DNA of 64,000 nucleotides from NCBI GenBank assembly GCA_964429275.1, contig CAYSBJ010000001.1, forward strand, positions 389,776 to 453,775. Reading direction: 5' to 3'. This document shows positions 1-8,743 of the stretch, in pieces. The notes beneath the pieces are model-generated. The model saw nothing but the letters and a program-made list of their open reading frames with translations. It searched no databases and was not told the origin of the DNA. Made by a program: the position numbers and the translations under genes. This DNA is from an uncultured Pseudomonadota bacterium. Its GTDB lineage: Bacteria; Babelota; Babeliae; Babelales; JAUPTZ01. Every line of letters begins with the position of its first letter. Position 1 is the stretch's first letter.

Positions 1-2
1 AG

Positions 3-155
3 GCGCGTGCAGTTGATATTGTGCCATTACTTCCTGAATTGCCTTTTATTCGGAATAAACAATCGTGGGGCATGGCTTTTCGGTATGGCTTTTTAGAGAT
101 TGATGAGACCTCATTTGAAGTTATTGCGCGGGCAATGTTGGGGCGGGCGCTGTAA
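3..155 (+). CDS. EVE-domain (UPF0310-like) protein, 3' end only (truncated by window edge)
   Basis: Frame 3 reads ARAVDIVPLLPELPFIRNKQSWGMAFRYGFLEIDETSFEVIARAMLGRAL*, resembling the EVE C-terminus (L.FI.NK..WG..FR.G..EI...F..IA); TAA at 153-155. Not in the ORF track. Confidence 0.7.
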   Translation, partial: ARAVDIVPLLPELPFIRNKQSWGMAFRYGFLEIDETSFEVIARAMLGRAL

Positions 156-299
156 GGGGCTTATTTTCGTGGTTGAGCACTTTCGAAAATTGAGTGTCAT
201 CTTTATGAGCGGTAGGTGAGTGCTTTTGGTGGTGTTATTTTCGAAACTTATTGTTGTCGCTAATTAAGTGGTTTTCTTATTTTCATTATCATCCCAGAG

Positions 300-675
300 A
301 TGGCACACTAATTTTCAAAGTTTGACAAAATCGAAAATAAACCACTACAAGATTTTGAATCGTTTATCCATGACCAGACGTTGCCACCATTGGTGCATGT
401 AGCGTTGTGGCATTACCAATTTGAAGCCATTCACCCGTTTATTGATGGTAATGGGCGCATGGGCCGGTTGCTGATTATGTTGTTGCTTATTGAGCGCAAA
501 GCTTGTTGCTGAGGAGTATGTTGTTGCGTTTACAACGGCACAACGTGCGATTGAAACGCTCGAAGAACTCGGTATTTTGGTGAAATCAGCTGGTGATAAA
601 CGCAATTGCATGTATTGTGCTACGCGAATTATGGCAATTTTGGATGAGCCGACGCTGATGGAGCACGACCGATAG
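300..675 (+). pseudogene. Fic-family protein pseudogene (early stop, internal deletions, frameshift)
   Basis: ATG at 300 followed by TAA at 309. The same frame continues ...[22 protein letters not shown]... (Fic motif at 432-467) to TGA at 510-512. Another frame (490-675) carries a wHTH-like Fic C-terminus TAQRAIETLEELGILVK..GDKRN.MYCA..IMAILDEP. Confidence 0.85.
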
Positions 676-681
676 CTGTTG

Positions 682-963
682 CTATTCAAATTTTACGAGA
701 TCTTTTTTGATGAGCTCCTGAAAATTTGGTTTGCAATGGTGCCAGTTAACGAGGTCGATCGTAAAGGGCAGGTCTGATTCTTCGAATTGTTCCTCCAAGT
801 CGCTGATTACTAGATTTGGTATTTCATCGAAGTAGCACAAGTCTAGGTCTGAAAGGCGCTTGTGGGTTCCTTTCGCGCGGGAGCCAAATACGTAAAATGT
901 ATACGGGTATTTGGCAAGAATATTTTTGATAATCTCAAAGTGGCGGAGCTCTAGATGTATCAC
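682..963 (-). CDS. Minimal nucleotidyltransferase (MNT/MntA-type antitoxin)
   Basis: 93 aa; exact GS-X10-DXD motif (GSRAKGTHKRLSDLD) plus DLPFTIDLV; GTG start overlaps the HEPN stop. Confidence 0.9.
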   Translation of the reverse strand: MIHLELRHFEIIKNILAKYPYTFYVFGSRAKGTHKRLSDLDLCYFDEIPNLVISDLEEQFEESDLPFTIDLVNWHHCKPNFQELIKKDLVKFE

Positions 964-1340
964 TGTAGCGCTCCAATGTGCGTAAGGAAGCTGGCTAATG
1001 CTTGGGAAAATTGTGGCATTATTTTTATAACATGGCTTACTACTTCCTCATTATAACAATGTACTGTATGGTTGCGTTGGACTAAAAAAGTGAACCAGAG
1101 TTCTGGGTCAGTTATAAATCCTTCCTGGGCTGCTGATCGTAGAGTTGCTTTTGGCGAATTTGTGATCTCACCACGGCTTTCAAGTAATCGGCGCATTGTT
1201 TTCCAAGTAAGCTCAAAACAGAATTCAAAGGTTTGAATGGCTGCAAGTTCATCACGTTCAGTTTTAATATTTTGGCGGTACTCTTCAAATTTTTCACGTG
1301 CCTTTAAGAGAGTTGTTACATCTATTCCATCAATGATCAT
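960..1340 (-). CDS. HEPN-domain protein (HI0074/HepT-type toxin, nucleotidyltransferase substrate-binding)
   Basis: 126 aa; IQTFEFCFELTWKTM, SPK, and R-X4-H-X-Y (RNHTVHCY); adjacent to MNT. Confidence 0.9.
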   Translation of the reverse strand: MIIDGIDVTTLLKAREKFEEYRQNIKTERDELAAIQTFEFCFELTWKTMRRLLESRGEITNSPKATLRSAAQEGFITDPELWFTFLVQRNHTVHCYNEEVVSHVIKIMPQFSQALASFLTHIGALQ

Positions 1341-3103
1341 ATGCTTACTTCCTTATGTGAATATTGTTGTGTTTCCCAGAGCGTTTTGTACAGCCCATCC
1401 TGCGCACTGAGTTCTGCGTGAGTGCCATCTTGTACGATTACGCCATTATCAAACACCAAAATACGATCCATATAGAGCAAGGTGGAGAGGCGATGGGCAA
1501 TAACGATGGTCGTTTGTGTTTTTTCTTTGTCGCCTTCTTTTTTTGAGTTTTCAAAAAACTCTGTAAGTGCCGACTGAATTGAGCGTTCTGTCATTGTATC
1601 AAGTTGGGAAGTTGCCTCATCAAGTATCAAGATAGGGGCATGTTTGAGAAGGGCGCGTGCTAATGCAATTCGTTGGCGCTGTCCACCAGAGAGTTTTGTG
1701 CCTCGCTCCCCGACCAGCGTTTCGTATCCGTGTGGGAGCGCTGTAATAAATTCATGTGCAGCTGCTTTGTGTGCTGCGGCTTCAATGTCTTCCATCGTTG
1801 CATGTGGATTGCCGTAGGCGATATTTTCACGAATAGTGCGATGAAACAGCGATGGTTGTTGCGGTACGTAGGCGATTTTTTGGCGGAGGGAATCTTGGGT
1901 TACCTGTGCAATCGGATACCCATCAAGGCGAATGCAGCCGTCACTCAAGTCATAGAGGCGCAGGAGGAGATTCACAAATGTACTTTTGCCGCTGCCCGAA
2001 TAGCCGACGAGACCGACCTTTTGTTTGCTTGGTATGTCGACTGTCAGACGGTCAAAGATGAGTTTGTCCGGATGATAGCCAAAGCGGACATGTTGAAAGG
2101 AAATTGCACCATCAGTTTTCTGAAGACTGCGTGCTTCTGGTGCGTCTTGTACCGTGAGCGGCAAATAAAAAGTTTCAAGCGCTTGTTCTACCTTGCCCCA
2201 ATCATCGGAAAAATCGCGCATTTGTTCACTCAGTCGCCACAGCTGGTCTATAAGAGTGATATTGATGCTCAGGACTAAGCCAAAGTCACCGGGAGTAATC
2301 TGTCCTTTTGCGCGCAGCGCTATTAAAATAATGGTACACGCTGTTTGATAGATCCAAAAGCTGAGGCTTTGTACGATATTTACTTTGAGTACAAACCAAC
2401 GGCGATCTTGTGATAGCTTTGTGTAATCGGTATGTGTTTTTTCAATAATGCGCATCTCCTCTTGCTGTCGTGCAAACAGGCGCACATTGACCATATTGGT
2501 AATAGCATCAACGTGCGCGGCAACAACTTTCACTCCGGCGCGTGCGGCGAGAGTAAGGGATTGGTGGCGCGAGAGAGTAAGGAACGACACAGTAAGAAAG
2601 AAAGTTATCCAGATGGCTAGCGCAAGGGCCATCCACGGATTTATTTGGTATATCATGATAATAGTGCTGCCAACCAGCGTAATACCCAAAAGCCAGCCAT
2701 CGAGTACGGTATCGATCATTGTGGGAATGACGGTAACACAGTCGACGACTTTTGCGGTTAAAGCACCAGCGAAATTGTCTTGAAAAAAACTATGGGGTTG
2801 ACGGCATGACCGTGCAAATAATGTTTGGGTAATTGTGTTACGCAGGGCCGGCACGTACTGTATTTCTGTCCACATATCAATTCGTCGAATAGCGTTTTCT
2901 TCAACTATGTTCAGAATGCCAAACGCAATTGCGTTGTAAACGAGAGCGCTTGTGTCGTTCGCGTACGCGGCATTGATGAGGTTTCTGATGAGAATTGATT
3001 GATAAATTATGCAGCCAGCAGTAGCTACAGTGCCTGCTGCTGAGAGGGTGAGCAGGCCTTTGAATGGCTTCGTGACGAGAGAGATAAAAGAAAGAACCTT
3101 CAT
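1337..3103 (-). CDS. ABC exporter, fused TMD-NBD (MsbA/Atm1-like)
   Basis: TM domain plus GYSGSGKST, LSGGQRQR, ILDEAT, AHRL; start moved to ATG 3103 (ATGA overlap with upstream gene). Confidence 0.93.
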   Translation of the reverse strand: MKVLSFISLVTKPFKGLLTLSAAGTVATAGCIIYQSILIRNLINAAYANDTSALVYNAIAFGILNIVEENAIRRIDMWTEIQYVPALRNTITQTLFARSCRQPHSFFQDNFAGALTAKVVDCVTVIPTMIDTVLDGWLLGITLVGSTIIMIYQINPWMALALAIWITFFLTVSFLTLSRHQSLTLAARAGVKVVAAHVDAITNMVNVRLFARQQEEMRIIEKTHTDYTKLSQDRRWFVLKVNIVQSLSFWIYQTACTIILIALRAKGQITPGDFGLVLSINITLIDQLWRLSEQMRDFSDDWGKVEQALETFYLPLTVQDAPEARSLQKTDGAISFQHVRFGYHPDKLIFDRLTVDIPSKQKVGLVGYSGSGKSTFVNLLLRLYDLSDGCIRLDGYPIAQVTQDSLRQKIAYVPQQPSLFHRTIRENIAYGNPHATMEDIEAAAHKAAAHEFITALPHGYETLVGERGTKLSGGQRQRIALARALLKHAPILILDEATSQLDTMTERSIQSALTEFFENSKKEGDKEKTQTTIVIAHRLSTLLYMDRILVFDNGVIVQDGTHAELSAQDGLYKTLWETQQYSHKEVSI

Positions 3104-4842
3104 TTTTGTTCCTCTGGTAGAAATCCGTTTATTTGTGCGTTCCACAGAAGGCGATAGAGCCCTCCTTGCGCCAAGAGTTGTGCATGCGATCCGTCTTGCA
3201 CAATCTTGCCTTTGTCAAAAACCAAAATACGATTCATAGCGCGTAAAGTTGAAAGGCGATGGGCGATGATGAGGGTCGTGGCGGGAGACTGAAACCATTC
3301 TTCAAGTGACAGTTGGATGGCGTATTCTGTTGCTGAGTCGAGTTGGGCGGTTGCTTCATCAAGAATCATGATAGGGGCTTTTTTGAGCAATGCGCGAGCT
3401 AACGCAATTCGTTGGCGTTGCCCGCCAGAAAGTTTTGCGCCACGCTCACCGACAATGGTTTCGTAGCCATCGGGGAGCTGCATAATAAAATCATGGGCGT
3501 GCGCTTTACGTGCAGCCGCAAGTACTTCATCAGTCGTGGCGTATGCTCGACCGTATGCAATATTTTCTTTAATGGTGCGGTGAAAGAGAGATGCTTCTTG
3601 CGGAACAAAGGCGATGGCCTCACGCAATGAATTTTGCGTGAGCTCTGCAATATTTTGGTTATCAATGAGTATGCGACCGCCCGTAAGTTCATAGAGCCGC
3701 AAGATAAGACTTGCAAAGGTCGACTTTCCGCTTCCGGAGTAGCCGACCAGTCCTACTTTTTGTCCTGCTGGTATAATGATGGAGTTATTCTGGAATAATG
3801 CTTCTGTACCAGGGTAACTGAATTGTACTTTGTCAAAAACAATCTCGCCGTTGGTGACTCTAAGGGGTACTGCATTCGGGGCATCTTGGCCTTCAAGAGG
3901 CGTGTAAATAGTTTCAAGTGCTGCATCTACCATTCCCCACTGATCAAAAAAATCTCGCAGCTTGGTGTTGAGTCCCCACAGCTCGCGTTCAATTGCAATG
4001 TTAATGCCGAGTACCAAGCCAAAGTCGCCTGGGGTAATTTGATGATTGAGCATCATGCGGACGAGTATAAACGTACAGAAGCCTTGGAATGCCCAGTAGG
4101 TCATTCCTTGAGCAAATTCAAGTTTTAGATTAAACCAGCGACGCGCTCGGTTTGCGATGGTGTATGCTTCTTGTGCTGCCGCGATCGTGTCTGCTTCTTC
4201 TTGCTGCATGGCAAACAAACGTACGGGCAGCATATTAGTAAGTGCATCTACTAATACCGCGGTGACGCGTGAGCCGGCGCGTGCAGATGCAGTTGCGAGG
4301 TGATCAAATTGCTTGAGTGTGAGGGCAGAGCAGGAGACAAAAAGTAGCGTCCAGCATACAAGTCCTAGCGCAAGCCATCCGCTGATTTGCGTCATCATAG
4401 CAATGGCGAAACATATGCTTACCGCATTAATTATCATGCTGCTGATAAAGACTGATATTATTTTGGGCAGCGAAAGAGCAACGTCACCCATTTTTGCGGC
4501 AAGAGATCCAGCAAAATTATTCTGAAAGAATCGGTAGGGCTGGAGCATAAAATGTTCCATAATAATTTTTGAGACATAGCTGCGGTACGGGGGCTCAAAT
4601 TTGAGCATAGCCCAGTCTTGAAAGCGCCAGCTCATGCCGACGAAGAATTCGGCCGCAATAGCGAGAGCGCCATAATAAACAAGTTGCGGTACATCTGGCA
4701 TTTGGGCGGCGTTAATGAGTTGTTTTACAAGGTACGGAAGGCCAATCAAAATGCTTGCATAGACAAAAGAGTTAGTAATGGAAACGGCCAAATAGCGGTG
4801 GAATGGTTTGGTGGTCATCCATATGAAAGGTAGAATGCGCAT
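3100..4842 (-). CDS. ABC exporter, fused TMD-NBD; paralog of the adjacent gene
   Basis: 580 aa; GYSGSGKST, LSGGQRQR, ILDEAT, AHRL; shares FFQ.NFAG.L.AK and ITPGDFGLVL.INI with its neighbour. Confidence 0.93.
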   Translation of the reverse strand: MRILPFIWMTTKPFHRYLAVSITNSFVYASILIGLPYLVKQLINAAQMPDVPQLVYYGALAIAAEFFVGMSWRFQDWAMLKFEPPYRSYVSKIIMEHFMLQPYRFFQNNFAGSLAAKMGDVALSLPKIISVFISSMIINAVSICFAIAMMTQISGWLALGLVCWTLLFVSCSALTLKQFDHLATASARAGSRVTAVLVDALTNMLPVRLFAMQQEEADTIAAAQEAYTIANRARRWFNLKLEFAQGMTYWAFQGFCTFILVRMMLNHQITPGDFGLVLGINIAIERELWGLNTKLRDFFDQWGMVDAALETIYTPLEGQDAPNAVPLRVTNGEIVFDKVQFSYPGTEALFQNNSIIIPAGQKVGLVGYSGSGKSTFASLILRLYELTGGRILIDNQNIAELTQNSLREAIAFVPQEASLFHRTIKENIAYGRAYATTDEVLAAARKAHAHDFIMQLPDGYETIVGERGAKLSGGQRQRIALARALLKKAPIMILDEATAQLDSATEYAIQLSLEEWFQSPATTLIIAHRLSTLRAMNRILVFDKGKIVQDGSHAQLLAQGGLYRLLWNAQINGFLPEEQK

Positions 4843-4897
4843 GGTTGTGTATCCTTATGGGAAAAGTGCCTCGGAGAATAGCCGTTTCTCTAACGCA

Positions 4898-4926
4898 TTG
4901 CAAATGTATTGCGGTGATGCTACGCT
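4898..4926 (+). promoter_or_regulatory. Putative sigma70 promoter
   Basis: TTGCAA-17 bp-TACGCT with a TG extended -10. Confidence 0.35.
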
Positions 4927-5028
4927 CCCGGCCTTTAAGGCCTCGGGTGTAAAGCGCCGCGTCGGCGGATGACCCGCTGTCAGGCGTCTGCCCATTTTGG
5001 TTTTCTAAATTTATTGTAAAGGAACTGT

Positions 5029-5514
5029 ATGTTCGAAGCTGCTATTGTATATTTTAAGAACTTGCCATATTGGTTTCCATTACTCTTTTTATATCTTTTA
5101 ATTGGTGGACTTACCGCGCTCAAGCCACGTCTTGTGTGGCTGCCAATTGCTTTTATTATTCCTTTAATGCTCTTAGCGTTGCAGATGCCGTTGGTTTTGT
5201 CTCTTTCCCACGAATATCAGTTGTTGACAGTGCTGACGTTTCTTGCCGGATTGGCTGTCGGTGGCTCCGTGTTGCGACCGCACATTTTGCGCGTATTCCC
5301 AAAGTTACGTTTTGAACTTGCAGGAGAGTGTGCAACACTGACGCTTGTTCTTACTATCTTTACTCTTAAAACAGCCTTTGGTATTTCTGGCATTGTGTGG
5401 CCGGCAGATATACAAATGTGGCAATGCCTGTCCGCTCTTATTGGGACTTTTGTTCCTGGTGTATTTCTTGGTCGCACCTTCTTTCTTGCTTCAATAGCTC
5501 GTCGCACTTCTTAG
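5029..5514 (+). CDS. Hypothetical multi-pass membrane protein
   Basis: 161 aa, about 5 hydrophobic segments; AAGGA RBS. Confidence 0.75.
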   Translation: MFEAAIVYFKNLPYWFPLLFLYLLIGGLTALKPRLVWLPIAFIIPLMLLALQMPLVLSLSHEYQLLTVLTFLAGLAVGGSVLRPHILRVFPKLRFELAGECATLTLVLTIFTLKTAFGISGIVWPADIQMWQCLSALIGTFVPGVFLGRTFFLASIARRTS

Positions 5515-5527
5515 TTGCGTGGTAGTG

Positions 5528-6280
5528 ATGGCAACAAAAACAGTACAGAGCATTGACCCTGCTCGCCGGCAGGCTCTCAACGATGGAGTTGTAGAGGTTG
5601 CTAATTTAGTTGAGGCTCTTGCTGTTGATATGTCGGTGTTAATTCGCACCATATATCCACACATTGAGCTTGATCCTTACATTGCTACTCTCGGGATAGT
5701 AAAACGGATGAGTGGCTATGCTGAAGTAGTATACAGGCAGCATGGTATGGCGGCGTTTGAAGAATTTAAAATACATCAATCGGATACGTTGCGGAGTATG
5801 GCTTGCTATATGCCGCCGCTGGCAAAGCTTCCTTTAGAAAAGCAATTAGAGCTCATACGTCCGCTTGCAAACGATACGCATTTTGGCGTACGTGAGTGGG
5901 CTTGGATGGCTATTCGGCCAAGCCTTACATCGGATCTTTCTGTTGGACTTCTTTTACTTCAGCCTTGGGCAGAACATGAATCTGAACGTGTTCGCCGGTA
6001 CGCCATTGAGATTACGCGACCACGCGGTGTGTGGTGCAGTCATATTCAGGCATTGCGCAATGAGCCTTGGTTGGCGGAGACGTTATTGTGTACGGTTAAA
6101 GCCGATCCTGCTCGGTATGTGCAGTTGTCGGTAGCAAACTGGCTGAATGATGCAAGTAAGCAACATCCTTTGTGGGTTAGCACTCTGTGTGAGCGATGGA
6201 GTGCTGAAGCGAACAATTGTGAAACAACCAGAAAAATTGTTGCACGAGCGCTGCGGACAGTGCGGAAGAAATCACAGTGA
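5528..6280 (+). CDS. DNA alkylation repair protein (AlkD-like HEAT-repeat, YhaZ-type)
   Basis: D.HFGVREWAWMA, ERVRRYAIEITRPRGVWCSHI, DPARYVQLSVANWLNDASKQHP motifs. Confidence 0.85.
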   Translation: MATKTVQSIDPARRQALNDGVVEVANLVEALAVDMSVLIRTIYPHIELDPYIATLGIVKRMSGYAEVVYRQHGMAAFEEFKIHQSDTLRSMACYMPPLAKLPLEKQLELIRPLANDTHFGVREWAWMAIRPSLTSDLSVGLLLLQPWAEHESERVRRYAIEITRPRGVWCSHIQALRNEPWLAETLLCTVKADPARYVQLSVANWLNDASKQHPLWVSTLCERWSAEANNCETTRKIVARALRTVRKKSQ

Positions 6281-6802
6281 TGCGCGGCACTTTCTAATCA
6301 TACGGAGTACCGATTCTTCGGCCGTTGGTAGTTCTTCATCAAACGAGAACCAACGGAGCGCTTGTGATTCGCTGTTAATAACTAATTCATTAGTCTCACT
6401 TGTTTTGAGCAGGTACCGTACATCAAAATGGAAATGAGCGGGAATCCCTTTGTTTTGTGGGATTACATGAACATCGATATCGAAAATTTCTGTTGAAAGT
6501 GGTTCTACTTTGTCTATGCCAGATTCTTCCGTTGCTTCTTTTATTGCGACACGAAGCGTATCATGGTCGCCATCGCAATGTCCGCCGACTTGAAACCACT
6601 TGTTGAGTTTGCGGTGATGCATTAACAAGAATTGTGTTTTTTCTTTATTGAGCAAGAGAGCTGAGGCGGTGACATGTCCAAAAAGGAGCGATCGCTCAAA
6701 GGCCAGTTTGTTTTCTTCCACAAATTGAATTGTTATTTCACGCGCCATGCGCTCATTTTCATCAGACGGCGTATACCGCTTAAGGAGCGTTAAAAGTTCC
6801 AT
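6272..6802 (-). CDS. NUDIX hydrolase
   Basis: GHVTASA, HHRKLNKW, Nudix box GGHCDG...AIKEATEESG, HFHFDVRY. Confidence 0.92.
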   Translation of the reverse strand: MELLTLLKRYTPSDENERMAREITIQFVEENKLAFERSLLFGHVTASALLLNKEKTQFLLMHHRKLNKWFQVGGHCDGDHDTLRVAIKEATEESGIDKVEPLSTEIFDIDVHVIPQNKGIPAHFHFDVRYLLKTSETNELVINSESQALRWFSFDEELPTAEESVLRMIRKCRASL

Positions 6803-6866
6803 ACTGGAATGCCTTTCGATTTATAATAAGGCTGGGCTTATACCATAGCTGGTATGATTGTGGCAA

Positions 6867-7523
6867 TTAGGCAGAGGGCTCCTGATTGTCTGGGAAAGCA
6901 TCTTTGGGTAGCGGAATGTGCTTGCGCGAAGCCGGTGTGGGCGCCGATTCTTTTTTTTGTGCTTTTCGTGCTGGTAGAACGCATCCCACCAGTGTGCGGC
7001 ACTTTTGGACTAAATTGGTAAGTCTTGGGTCGCCCGATGGTATTGGTTCGTTGAGAGGAAACCAGCGGAGTTCGTAATAGATCCGATTGCCGCTGCATGG
7101 CGCCTCTTCTTCAGTGGTTCTGAGAAGAAAACTTATCATATGCCGCTTGGTTTCGTAGAACGAGTCGGCTGGTGCAACATTTTTTTCTACATGCACATCA
7201 AAAACAGCAGGTACTGCTGGCTCGATGGCTGACGTTGCGGTTAGCGTGCAGGCGCTTTCTTGAGCAAAACCCATCAGATCGCGCTGGTTGTTCACGAAAA
7301 AAGTTGGCGCGCTCCACTGGAGTTCACCAGGCTGGCGGATAAGCAAAAGTTTAGTTTTGTCTTTGTTGAGTAGTAAGAATGAAACGGTAAAGTGTCCTCT
7401 GTAGTGGGCGCGTTTGAACGCCTCTTTCCGGTGAAGATAGAGAAATTGTATAGTATTGTCTCGATATACCCGTTCTTGTTCGCTCGCTGGTTTGTAGCGT
7501 TCTAACATGTCTAAGAAATTCAT
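6867..7523 (-). CDS. Divergent NUDIX paralog lacking the Nudix box
   Basis: Aligns by eye with its neighbour (GHFTVSFLLLNKDKTK, VFDVHV, ELRWF) but has no GG...REE-G motif. Confidence 0.75.
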   Translation of the reverse strand: MNFLDMLERYKPASEQERVYRDNTIQFLYLHRKEAFKRAHYRGHFTVSFLLLNKDKTKLLLIRQPGELQWSAPTFFVNNQRDLMGFAQESACTLTATSAIEPAVPAVFDVHVEKNVAPADSFYETKRHMISFLLRTTEEEAPCSGNRIYYELRWFPLNEPIPSGDPRLTNLVQKCRTLVGCVLPARKAQKKESAPTPASRKHIPLPKDAFPDNQEPSA

Positions 7524-7625
7524 GGGGGAACGTCCTTCCGTTAAATTAAAATAAAATAATTAACAGCAGGCGGCTAGGTACGGTAGCCGCTCACAGGACT
7601 ATCCTAGTACAGTAAAAACCTTTTA

Positions 7626-8117
7626 TCAATAGGGGTTTTGTGCTAGCTCTTTCTCGCGAGCGAGGAGCTTCTCTTTAATTTCTACGCCCCAGCGGTAGCC
7701 ATGGAGCGTCCCGTCGCTGCCAATGACTCGATGGCACGGAATAAAAATGGAAATTGGATTGCGCCCAATGGCATTGGCAACGGCGCGGACTGCTTTTGGT
7801 CGCCCGATTTGAGCTGCTATGTGCTGATAGGTGGTAACGGTGCCGTAGGGTATTTTGGTCAGTTCGAGCCAGACTTCGCGCTGAAATGGGGTGCCACCCC
7901 GTGGAAGTGGGCTTGATGCGGTGCGGTTCTCAAGCTGCGAGAGTAGCGACCATAAGAGCTTATGATTATTTTCATACGTAGCTTCTGGCCAGGTAGCAGC
8001 GGCTTCTTTAGCAGCTTTTTCACCAAAGCCAAGGAAGCAGAGGCTGTCATCTTCGTAAACGGCAGTAAGATCTCCCAGAAGGGAGCGGACGGCGAGGTAC
8101 TTATATGATTTTTTCAT
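7626..8117 (-). CDS. ogt: Methylated-DNA--protein-cysteine methyltransferase
   Basis: GTPFQREVW, IPYG, AVRAVANAIGRNPI, active site PCHRV; start at ATG 8117 after AAGGAA. Confidence 0.95.
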   Translation of the reverse strand: MKKSYKYLAVRSLLGDLTAVYEDDSLCFLGFGEKAAKEAAATWPEATYENNHKLLWSLLSQLENRTASSPLPRGGTPFQREVWLELTKIPYGTVTTYQHIAAQIGRPKAVRAVANAIGRNPISIFIPCHRVIGSDGTLHGYRWGVEIKEKLLAREKELAQNPY

Positions 8118-8225
8118 GGGGGTTCCTTTTGGATGGATGGTGGGCGCTTGGCTAGTCTGCGCCAAGTTTTAGCATTTGTGAAGGAGCTTGGCTCGCCACA
8201 CCATACTGGTAGATTAAAAAATAGA

Positions 8226-8391
8226 TTGACATTCCTGGGGGTTCTTTTAAGCTTGTGCTAGGTTTTTTAGCGTGAAAACGCAATCAGCGCCGGATGGCGT
8301 CGAACAAGTGTGGCCCGCAAAAGATCTATTTTAATACATGCAATTGCGTTCTACGTGCTTTAAGTGCGGCGCCTCTAAGGAGTTAACTACT
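8226..8391 (+). promoter_or_regulatory. Putative cspA promoter and long 5' UTR
   Basis: TTGACA (8226-8231), TAAGCT (8248-8253), then about 130 nt of leader with small hairpins, as is typical for cold-shock genes. Confidence 0.45.
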
Positions 8392-8598
8392 ATGTCTATC
8401 GGTACAGTAAAATGGTTCAACACAACCAAAGGTTTTGGCTTCATTCAACCTGAACAAGGTGGTAATGATGTATTTGTGCACATCAGCGCATTACAAAGAG
8501 CTGGCATTCAATCTTTGCAAGAAGGCCAAAAAGTAAGCTACGAACTTGCAACTAGCAAGGGCAAAACATCTGCGGTTAACCTGCAAGTTGTTGGCTAA
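8392..8598 (+). CDS. cspA: Cold-shock protein
   Basis: [15 protein letters not shown] and DVFVHISAL (RNP1/RNP2); TAAGGAG RBS before ATG 8392. Confidence 0.96.
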   Translation: MSIGTVKWFNTTKGFGFIQPEQGGNDVFVHISALQRAGIQSLQEGQKVSYELATSKGKTSAVNLQVVG

Positions 8599-8743
8599 TC
8601 CGATAATTTCGGTCAATTAAATAAATCGTCGTACAGAGGCGGCTGCCTGACGGTCGCCAGGTAGGGGTGAGTATCGTTCCAGTTTTCATGGTAACTACTT
8701 TCCTCTTTTGTAACGTTAAACGTCATAAAAACAGAAAGTAATT

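Noticed and set aside
345..689. 114-aa minus-strand ORF
   Set aside because: Antisense to the recognisable Fic remnant
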